A stretch of DNA of 64,000 nt from Candidatus Aldehydirespirator sp. (GTDB lineage: Bacteria > Actinomycetota > Acidimicrobiia > Acidimicrobiales > Aldehydirespiratoraceae), in assembly GCA_965203575.1 (NCBI GenBank), contig OZ241894.1, positions 2,956,322 to 3,020,321 of the forward strand, in the 5' to 3' direction. Shown here piece by piece: positions 25,347 through 32,562 of the stretch. Each line of letters begins with the position of its first letter. Position 1 is the first letter of the stretch. The translations under genes and the position numbers were made by a program. Below the pieces are notes generated by a model. That model had not been told where the DNA came from. It searched no databases and saw only the letters and a program-made list of their open reading frames with translations.

Positions 25347-26398
25347 CAGAGCAGGTCGGGCAGGCTCAGCTCGTCGGCGGCGCGCTCGAACCGCTCGAAG
25401 GTGGCCTCCAGCAGCCCCCGCTGGCGATCGTCGGTGAGGTCCATGCCCGCACCCGCGATCATCGGGTAGCACACGCAGAACAGCACCGCGCCGCGGTAGA
25501 TGTCCCACATCCCGTCGAGCTCCGACTCGGGCGCCCCCTCCGATGCGAGGGCGTTGAGCCAGCGTTCGTAGAGGGACTGCTCGATCTCCGATGCGGTGGC
25601 GGGGGCCAGGCTTCCGGTGACGAAGTAGGCCAGGTCGCCGACCGGCATGGACTCCCCGATGACCTGGAAGTCGAGCAGCACGACCCGCCCGTCGTCGTCG
25701 AAGAACATGTTGTCGGCCCGGTAGTCGCCGTGGACCAGGGTGCTCGGCGTGGTGCCCAGCGACCCCAGCATGTGGGGGAGGGCCTCCACCCAGCCGTCGG
25801 CGACCCTCTCGACGACCTTCGGGACGCTCATGGCGCCCCGTACCTTGGCCCAGCCGTCGGTGAACACCGGTGGCAGCAGCGTCGGGTAGATGGGATCGCG
25901 GATCGCCATGGCGGTTCCCCGCTCCACTATCGGGCCGGCCGCGCCCCACCAGTGGGCGTGCCACGCGGCCAACTCGTCCACAGCCTGTTCGGCGTCGGCG
26001 GAGCCCATGCCCTCGACCTGGTTCACGGCCCGGTACGAGCCCACGTCCTCGAGCACCAGCACGAACTGGTGGGTCTCGGGGTCGACCGCGCCGAAGTGGC
26101 AGTGGGGAACCCGGATGGGGCTCTCGGCGGCCAGCTCGCGGTAGAAGCCGACCTCACGGATGTTGAGGCGCAGGATCTGGGCCGTGAAGCGGGCCGTCTC
26201 GTCGAGGCCGGGCATCTTGAAGACCACCGTGTCGGGGCAGTCGCCGTCGAGCGTGGCCCGGTAGATGGCGCCGATCATCCCGACCCCGGTCCCGATGTCG
26301 TCGATGCCGGTGATCCGCACAGGCGAACCCATGGCCTGCGACAGCCACTCGTCGTCGATGTCGTCGATACCGGCGGGTATTCCGGGCTCCATGTGCAC
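25346..26398 (-). CDS. Phosphotransferase-family protein (APH/choline-kinase-like fold)
   Basis: 350-aa ORF with catalytic loop LVHGDYRADNMFF and DFQ metal-binding motif. Confidence 0.75.
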   Translation of the reverse strand: MHMEPGIPAGIDDIDDEWLSQAMGSPVRITGIDDIGTGVGMIGAIYRATLDGDCPDTVVFKMPGLDETARFTAQILRLNIREVGFYRELAAESPIRVPHCHFGAVDPETHQFVLVLEDVGSYRAVNQVEGMGSADAEQAVDELAAWHAHWWGAAGPIVERGTAMAIRDPIYPTLLPPVFTDGWAKVRGAMSVPKVVERVADGWVEALPHMLGSLGTTPSTLVHGDYRADNMFFDDDGRVVLLDFQVIGESMPVGDLAYFVTGSLAPATASEIEQSLYERWLNALASEGAPESELDGMWDIYRGAVLFCVCYPMIAGAGMDLTDDRQRGLLEATFERFERAADELSLPDLL

Positions 26399-26483
26399 CC
26401 CCTGACCGGTGCCGACGCTACATCACATCGAGCACCGGGCGCGGTGTCAGCCCCCCAGCGCGGTCACCTACCAGCGACGGTTC

Positions 26484-27110
26484 TCAGGCCGCCTCGGGGG
26501 AAGACCGTCCGTGATGGAGGCTCCACGCCCAGCGGACCGCCTCGGCAACGATGGCGGGATGGAAGCTCATCTGAGCCAGCTGCCTCTCTGCCTGGTCGAA
26601 GCTGTCACCGCACTCGATCAGGCACACGGCCAGCCGCCGGACCCGCGACTGCTGCCGGCACACCGCGTCGTGACTCAAGTTGACCGCAATGAACTCTCCA
26701 TGGCGTCGCTGTGCCGGTTCGGGCAGGCGCTGCACCTGGCGGTAGCTGAGTTGCGGCAGTCGAAGGCGGACGGCCAGGGTTGCAGACCCCACGGATCGGG
26801 CCGCTCGGAACCGGCAGGCTCGAGCAATCGTCTTGGACATGGAGCTGCGAGAGCCGCCCTCGTGTCCGATACCCAGGCTGCTGGCTGCTTCCCGCAGATT
26901 GACGGCCGTGCTGTCGGTGGTGTCGAGCAGGTTGGCGCAATAACGCAGGAACCAGGTGGTGGAAGGGCCCAGCGTTCCGAGCCAGTACTGCTCGACGTAG
27001 GTGGATCTCGGGTCGTGACCGAAGGCGTCGACGCGGTGGTCGATCCACGGGATCAGCGTGATCACCTCAGAGCAGACGACTGCAGGCGGGAGGTTGATGG
27101 ACGTAGTCAT
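26484..27110 (-). CDS. Conserved hypothetical protein (possible DNA-binding/wHTH; function unknown)
   Basis: 208-aa ORF with a strong RBS (GGAGaaacatcATG). The EQYWLGTLGPSTTWFLRYCANLL segment resembles actinobacterial hypothetical proteins, from memory only. Confidence 0.45.
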   Translation of the reverse strand: MTTSINLPPAVVCSEVITLIPWIDHRVDAFGHDPRSTYVEQYWLGTLGPSTTWFLRYCANLLDTTDSTAVNLREAASSLGIGHEGGSRSSMSKTIARACRFRAARSVGSATLAVRLRLPQLSYRQVQRLPEPAQRRHGEFIAVNLSHDAVCRQQSRVRRLAVCLIECGDSFDQAERQLAQMSFHPAIVAEAVRWAWSLHHGRSSPEAA

Positions 27111-27130
27111 GATGTTTCTCCAAGAATGCG

Positions 27131-27146
27131 GGCGCTCGCGAGCGCC
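27131..27146. promoter_or_regulatory. Perfect 16-bp palindrome GGCGCTCGCGAGCGCC in the 5' leader of gene 26484..27110
   Basis: Self-complementary as read. It lies 21-36 nt upstream of ATG 27110. Confidence 0.4.
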
Positions 27147-27291
27147 TCAGTTGCAAGATGTCCGGGGGGAAGTGTCAATGTTTGAACATATGTTGAGGGT
27201 CGATGCTTGTCAAACAGAAATCTCAAGACCTTTTCTCTGCTGATTTATCAGGCCAGGCCGATGGTCGCACCGGCTCGGCTACTCTGGCGGC

Positions 27292-28098
27292 GTGCTCGCG
27301 GATGCTGCGGCCGCGGTTGCCGCGGCCCGCCGGATGGTCGATGCCGCCGAACGCGTGACAGTCCTCACCGGGGCCGGCATCTCCACCGACAGCGGGCTGC
27401 CCGATTTCCGGGGCCCCAAGGGATTGTGGACGCGGGACCCGGCGGCCGAGCGGGCCTCGAACATCAACGTCTACGTGTCGGATCCCGAGGTTCGCCGCAG
27501 CAACTGGGCCCGCCGAGCCGAGGGCGCCCTGTGGGCCGACGTCGAGCCCAACCGGGGCCACGAGGCCCTGGTCCATCTGGAGGGGCGGGGCAAGCTCCAT
27601 CTGCTGATCACCCAGAACGTGGACGAGCTCCACCAGCTCGCCGGCAGCGACCCCGAGCTGGTGGTGGAGATACACGGCACGACCCGCAAGGTGCAGTGCC
27701 TGTCGTGCGACTACCGCGACGACATCGAGGTCGCGCTGGAGCGGGTGAGGGCCGGGGAGCCCGACCCGCAGTGCCCCCTTTGCGGCTGGCTCCTGAAGGC
27801 GGCCACGGTGTCGTTCGGACAGAGTCTCAACCACCTCGACCTGGTCCGAGCCGAGCGGGCCGCCCTGGAGTGCGACCTGTTCATGGCGGTGGGCACGACG
27901 CTGGCCGTGTCGCCCATCAACATGACCGCCCCGCTGGCCGCGCAGTCGGGGGCCGGCCTGATCATCGTGAACGGCGAACCCACCGAGTTCGACGCGCTGG
28001 CCGACGTGCTGGTGGGCGGATCCATCAGCGAAGTCCTGCCCGTCATCTGTGGTCTGGAGGCCGAGCCTGCGAGGCCCCTGGGCCAAAGCGGCCCGTGA
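27292..28098 (+). CDS. cobB: NAD-dependent protein deacylase, Sir2 family
   Basis: 268-aa ORF with GTG start. Motifs GAGISTDSGLPDFRG and QNVDELH, and zinc cysteines CLSC...CPLC. Confidence 0.88.
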   Translation: MLADAAAAVAAARRMVDAAERVTVLTGAGISTDSGLPDFRGPKGLWTRDPAAERASNINVYVSDPEVRRSNWARRAEGALWADVEPNRGHEALVHLEGRGKLHLLITQNVDELHQLAGSDPELVVEIHGTTRKVQCLSCDYRDDIEVALERVRAGEPDPQCPLCGWLLKAATVSFGQSLNHLDLVRAERAALECDLFMAVGTTLAVSPINMTAPLAAQSGAGLIIVNGEPTEFDALADVLVGGSISEVLPVICGLEAEPARPLGQSGP

Positions 28099-28119
28099 GC
28101 GCAGCGAACAAGAGCGGGC
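28061..28119 (-). repeat. REP-like element (long form, inverted orientation) overlapping the 3' end and stop codon of cobB
   Basis: The reverse complement matches the 25285..25345 copy at all but 2 of ~61 positions as aligned by eye. Confidence 0.85.
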
Positions 28120-28152
28120 ATCGGGGAAGCTGAAACACCCCTTGCTGGATGT

Positions 28153-28186
28153 GGCTAAATCCTGACAAGACAGGTAGGATTTAGCC
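28153..28186 (+). promoter_or_regulatory. AT-rich perfect 10-bp-stem hairpin abutting the ATG of the rhodanese-MoeB gene (RBS-occluding structure)
   Basis: GGCTAAATCC (28153..28162) and GGATTTAGCC (28177..28186) with a 14-nt loop containing CAGGTAGGA. ATG at 28187. Confidence 0.5.
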
Positions 28187-29347
28187 ATGGCGAGCTTCAG
28201 AGAACTATTGCAGCAGGCCAAGGCTGAGATCCGCGAGGTCGACACCGCCGGCGGCGAGCAGCTGCTGGCCGAGGGCTGGACCCTTCTCGACGTGCGCGAG
28301 CCCGACGAGTACGAGCAGGGCGCGATTCCCGGCTCCGTGCACATCCCCCGGGGCCAGCTCGAGTCGAGCATCGAGAACCGGGTAGCCGACCGGTCCACCC
28401 CGCTGGTGGCCATGTGCGCGGGCGGCGTGCGCTCAGCCTTCGCGGCCGTGACCCTTGAGCAGATGGGCTACACCGACGTGGTGTCCATGGACGGCGGCTT
28501 CAACAAGTGGAAGGACGAGGGCCGGGCCTGGGCGCGGCCCCGCACCCTGTCGCCCGACCAGCGCAACCGCTACCAGCGCCACCTGCTGGTGCCCGAGGTG
28601 GGCGAGGAGGGCCAGCTCAAGCTGCTCGACGCCAAGGTCCTGCTGCTCGGCGCGGGCGGCCTCGGCTCCCCGGCGGCCCTTTACCTCGCGGCCGCTGGAG
28701 TGGGCACCATCGGCATCATCGACATGGACGTGGTCGACGAGTCCAACCTCCAGCGTCAGGTCCTGCACAACGTCGACCGGGTGGGCGACCGCAAGGTGGA
28801 CTCGGCCAAGAAGACCCTCACCGCGCTGAACCCCGACGTCAACGTGGTCACCTACGACGCCCGGCTCGGCGCCGACAACGTCATGGAGATCCTCGACGGC
28901 TACGACGTGGTGGTCGACGGGGCCGACAACTTCCCGAGCCGCTACCTGCTCAACGACGCCTCGGTCAAGCTGGGCATACCGGTGGTCCACGGGTCGATCT
29001 TCCGCTTCGAGGGCCAGGTCACCGTGTTCGACCCCCGAAACGGGCCCACCTACCGCGACATGCTGCCCGAGCCGCCGCCGCCCGAGATGGCGCCGAGCTG
29101 CGCGGAGGCCGGGGTGCTGGGCGTGCTGCCCGGCATCGTCGGCAGCGTGCAGGCCCTCGAGGCCATCAAGCTGATCCTGGGAGTGGGGGATTCGCTGCGG
29201 GGCCGCCTGGTGGCCTTCGACGCGCTGGAGATGAGCTTCCGCGAGTTCAAGCTGCGGCCCGACCCCTCCAACGAGGTCACCTACGACAACCGGGACCGCA
29301 TCCAGGTCGGCGAACTCGACGGCCTCTGCATGCCGACGCTGTCATAG
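28187..29347 (+). CDS. Rhodanese (N-terminal) - MoeB/ThiF E1-like adenylyltransferase fusion (MoeZ-like function, inverted domain order)
   Basis: 386-aa ORF. Rhodanese active-site loop CAGGVRS at about aa 77-83. E1 domain motifs LLGAGGLGSP, DESNLQRQ and PSCAEAGVLG. Confidence 0.8.
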   Translation: MASFRELLQQAKAEIREVDTAGGEQLLAEGWTLLDVREPDEYEQGAIPGSVHIPRGQLESSIENRVADRSTPLVAMCAGGVRSAFAAVTLEQMGYTDVVSMDGGFNKWKDEGRAWARPRTLSPDQRNRYQRHLLVPEVGEEGQLKLLDAKVLLLGAGGLGSPAALYLAAAGVGTIGIIDMDVVDESNLQRQVLHNVDRVGDRKVDSAKKTLTALNPDVNVVTYDARLGADNVMEILDGYDVVVDGADNFPSRYLLNDASVKLGIPVVHGSIFRFEGQVTVFDPRNGPTYRDMLPEPPPPEMAPSCAEAGVLGVLPGIVGSVQALEAIKLILGVGDSLRGRLVAFDALEMSFREFKLRPDPSNEVTYDNRDRIQVGELDGLCMPTLS

Positions 29348-29424
29348 CTCCCTACGGCCGCCTCTCCTAGCTTCTCCTAGACTCCGGGGGTTCGTTTCCC
29401 TGGAAGGACCGCGCCATCGGACAG

Positions 29425-30699
29425 TTGCTGAACAATCTCCGGGTGCGCCTGCGGAGCCTGCTGCCGTTCGGAACCTCCTGGATTCTCTGGGGTCTGGTCT
29501 TCAACGGGCTCACCACCTACGGGTACCTGGTGGTGGCCGGGCGCGCCCTGGGCGACGACGGCTACGGCAGCCTGGCCGTGCTGTGGGCCCTGGTCAACAT
29601 CGGCGGCTTCGGCCTGTTCCAGCCCCTCGAGCAGGAGGTGGCCCGGGCCACCGCCGACCGGGCCAGCCGGGGCGTGGGCAGCGCACCGGTCCTGAGCCGG
29701 GCGGGTGTGCTGGGCGCGGCCCAGTTCGTGCTGGTGACCGCGGGCCTGCTGGCGGCCTGGCCGCTCGGGCTCGACCAGCTGCTCGACGGCCGGCCGGAGC
29801 TGCTCCTGGCCCTCGTTCTCGCCCTGGGCGCATTCGCCGGCTCCCAGCTGGTGCGGGGCGTCCTCGGGGGCCGCCACATGTTCGACCGCTACGCGTGGTA
29901 CTTCGTGGTCGAGGGTGGGGCCCGCATGGCCTTGGCCGTAGCGCTGCTGGTCGCCGGGGTGGCCGCGGTGGGGGCCTACGGGCTGGCCATCGCCTTCGCG
30001 CTGGTGGTCGCCACCATCGCCGCGGCCGGCCCCCACCGGCCCTTCGTGCGGTCCGGGCCGCCGGCCTCCTACCGCGAGCTCACGCCCGCCCTGGGCTTCC
30101 TGCTCATCGCCGCCATCGGCGAGGCCTTCATCCTCAATGTGGGGCCGGTGGCGGTGGACATCGTGGGCGGCGACGAGCTGGGGGCCGAGGCGCCCGGCGT
30201 GTTCCTCAACGGCATGCTCATCGCCCGCATCCCGCTGTTCTTCTTCCAGGCGGTGAAGGCCAGCCTGCTGCCCAGCCTGGCCACGCTGGCCGGCCGGGGC
30301 GACCTCGTCGGGTTCCGCAACATGCAGCTCAAGATCGTGGCCGCGGTGGCGGCGGTGGCCCTGGCGACCACAGTGGTGGCCGGGGTGGTGGGGCCGCCGA
30401 TCGTGCGGGTCGTGTTCGGTGACGAGCTGGGCCGCAGCGACATGGCGCTGCTGGCTGCCAGCGGGGGAGGCCTGATGCTGATGCTGTCGCTGACGCTGGG
30501 CCTGGTCGCGCTGGATCACACCCGCCTGGCGGTAGTCGGATGGATAGCCGGGATCGCGGCCTTCGCGGTCGTGGTCAGCTTCGACTTCGAGCCGTTCCTG
30601 CGGGTGGAGCTGGCCCTGGTGGCCGCGGTGGCTGCCGGCTCGCTGGTGGCCGGCGGCCTGTTGCGCCACCAGTACGCGGCCCACGCCCGCGACGCCTAG
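29425..30699 (+). CDS. Polytopic membrane protein, putative MOP-family (Wzx/MurJ-like) flippase
   Basis: 424-aa ORF with TTG start and about 12 hydrophobic segments. The family call is from general appearance only. Confidence 0.45.
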   Translation: MLNNLRVRLRSLLPFGTSWILWGLVFNGLTTYGYLVVAGRALGDDGYGSLAVLWALVNIGGFGLFQPLEQEVARATADRASRGVGSAPVLSRAGVLGAAQFVLVTAGLLAAWPLGLDQLLDGRPELLLALVLALGAFAGSQLVRGVLGGRHMFDRYAWYFVVEGGARMALAVALLVAGVAAVGAYGLAIAFALVVATIAAAGPHRPFVRSGPPASYRELTPALGFLLIAAIGEAFILNVGPVAVDIVGGDELGAEAPGVFLNGMLIARIPLFFFQAVKASLLPSLATLAGRGDLVGFRNMQLKIVAAVAAVALATTVVAGVVGPPIVRVVFGDELGRSDMALLAASGGGLMLMLSLTLGLVALDHTRLAVVGWIAGIAAFAVVVSFDFEPFLRVELALVAAVAAGSLVAGGLLRHQYAAHARDA

Positions 30700-30708
30700 G
30701 TGTTCCTA

Positions 30709-30742
30709 GGACGGGATCCGCGACCGCTGGTCCGTGCCGAGT
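30709..30742 (+). repeat. Left copy of a 34-bp imperfect direct repeat (31/34 identical to 34856..34889)
   Basis: GGACGGGATCCGCGACCGCTGGTCCGTGCCGAGT, compared with GGACGGGATCGCCGACCCCTGGTCCGTGCCGAGT. Confidence 0.9.
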
Positions 30743-30778
30743 CGAGATAGAGCCTTCGTGGCCGATCAGCCGCGGCTT

Positions 30779-32422
30779 TCACACTTCAAGGTTCAGTTCC
30801 CACCGGTTGCGCCGGTTCTTGCGCGTCGGCTCGGTGGAGCGAACCAGGCCGCGGTCGGCCATTTGGTTGAGCCAGCGCAGGATTGCCTGCTGGGATATGC
30901 CGATCAACCCCGCCAGTTCGCTTGAGCTTCGGGATCCACCCGCGAGAAGATCGATGATTTCACGCTCGCGTTGCGACAACCTCGGAGCTTGCTCGGTGGC
31001 TTCGGTGGATGACAAAGGCCCACGGCGCGTCGGAGGGCGTGCCCCATCGGGTGGCCACGGGTCGTGATTTCCGCCTCCTGGGATCCGAACGCGTGTCCCA
31101 TCATGTGACAGTGGTCGCGGGCTGGGGTGGGCGCGGCGATCGTGGATCACCACCTGAAGCTCGCTCACGTCATCCGTGATGACCGGTGTCGAGAGGCCCG
31201 CCTGGCGCAGAACCGCCACTGCGGCCCGCAGGCCCGATCCGCGGTTCTCGCAGACGGGCCGGCCGGTGTCGGGGATCACCACGTCCTCGAGCAGCTTCGC
31301 CAACCGGGCGTTGCGCGTGGCGGTGACACCCCGCCTGATCAACTCGTCCACATCGGACCTGCCCGCGTTGGCGCCGTGAAGCCCGCCGGCGCTGCAAACC
31401 TCGAATCGGTCGGGAAAGAGGGCAATCCGTACTTGGCTGCCGTGGGCAGACGGGTGGTAGTCGCGGTGCATCAAGGCATTGGCGACGATCTCGCGGACCG
31501 CCTCGATCGGGTAGTCCCAAGAGTCCTCGCGCCCGGCGCCGACGACGACTGAGCGGCGTCGCATGTTGCGGCGCATGGCATCCAGAGCCCCCGACACGAC
31601 CATCGGAATCGGCCCGTCAAGAGGTTGGTTGTCGAGGAAGCGGGTGCCGTCGGCCATCGGCTCGCCGCTGACGGTGGGCAGCACGACGAACGAAGCGGCG
31701 AGTTGAGGGAGGAACCGTTGGGGGAAGCGCCCGAGCGCGAGCAGGCCCGCCAGCGTCACCGCGGACTCGGCCTCGGGCTCAGCGATCACGCCCATCATGT
31801 GCAGGACCTCCTCGTCGCTGGACTGCGCGAACACGGCGCCGCGCGTCTCGCGCAGCCGTTGGAGCAGCGCTTGGGTCAACCGGGGGTCGAGATCACCGAT
31901 CCCCGAACGCTCGACGGGCGCCTCGTCCTCGGCTGGCTGGCCCCGTCCCGAGACCATCACATGAACCTCGTAGGAGTTCAATCGCCGGTCGCCGTCGTGA
32001 GTCCTCAGGTACGACCCCCTGTCCATGCCCTTCGACAAGAGGTAACACGGCCTCCTCTGGTACTCCAGGGCCTCGACGCGGGCCACCACCACGGGGCGGC
32101 CATCCACCGACGCGATGTCGATCTCGGGCCGCACGGCAGGCGCCAACCCGTCCGAGCAGACCGAAGCGAGGTGGGCGGCCAGTCCCGCCGCGTCGATGTC
32201 GACCGGACTGAAGTCGCCGTCGGTCAGTCCGAGGATGAGGAGGCCGCCGGCGGCGTTGGCGAATGCGCACACAGACTCCAGTGCCGTGCTGGGCAGCCCG
32301 CCTGCGGCCCGCTTGACCTCCACCGCCTGCAAGTCCGTGCCCGCGGCGCGCAGCCGTTCGACGGCGGCGTCAAGCACGCCCTGCAAGTTGGAGGGGACCG
32401 AGTCCGAGGTATTCCGCACCAA
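30779..32422 (-). CDS. AlbA_2 (Schlafen-like) + HATPase_c_4-type ATP-binding protein with C-terminal wHTH; putative transcriptional regulator
   Basis: 547-aa ORF. N-terminal ESVCAFANAAGGLLILG (AlbA_2 signature), central REIVANALMHRDY (GHKL-like N-box) and C-terminal LSQREREIIDLL...SSELAGLIGISQQAILRWLNQM HTH. Confidence 0.7.
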   Translation of the reverse strand: MVRNTSDSVPSNLQGVLDAAVERLRAAGTDLQAVEVKRAAGGLPSTALESVCAFANAAGGLLILGLTDGDFSPVDIDAAGLAAHLASVCSDGLAPAVRPEIDIASVDGRPVVVARVEALEYQRRPCYLLSKGMDRGSYLRTHDGDRRLNSYEVHVMVSGRGQPAEDEAPVERSGIGDLDPRLTQALLQRLRETRGAVFAQSSDEEVLHMMGVIAEPEAESAVTLAGLLALGRFPQRFLPQLAASFVVLPTVSGEPMADGTRFLDNQPLDGPIPMVVSGALDAMRRNMRRRSVVVGAGREDSWDYPIEAVREIVANALMHRDYHPSAHGSQVRIALFPDRFEVCSAGGLHGANAGRSDVDELIRRGVTATRNARLAKLLEDVVIPDTGRPVCENRGSGLRAAVAVLRQAGLSTPVITDDVSELQVVIHDRRAHPSPRPLSHDGTRVRIPGGGNHDPWPPDGARPPTRRGPLSSTEATEQAPRLSQREREIIDLLAGGSRSSSELAGLIGISQQAILRWLNQMADRGLVRSTEPTRKNRRNRWELNLEV

Positions 32423-32562
32423 GAAGAGACTCTACGTCGCCGTCACGATTGCTACAACTTTTCTACAAGATATTTTCAACTTATCTGAAAACAAACTGCG
32501 ACTGCCTACTATCCGGACATCGCCGCCGAGGACCTGCTCGACGGCTGCCGGCCCCGACGCTG

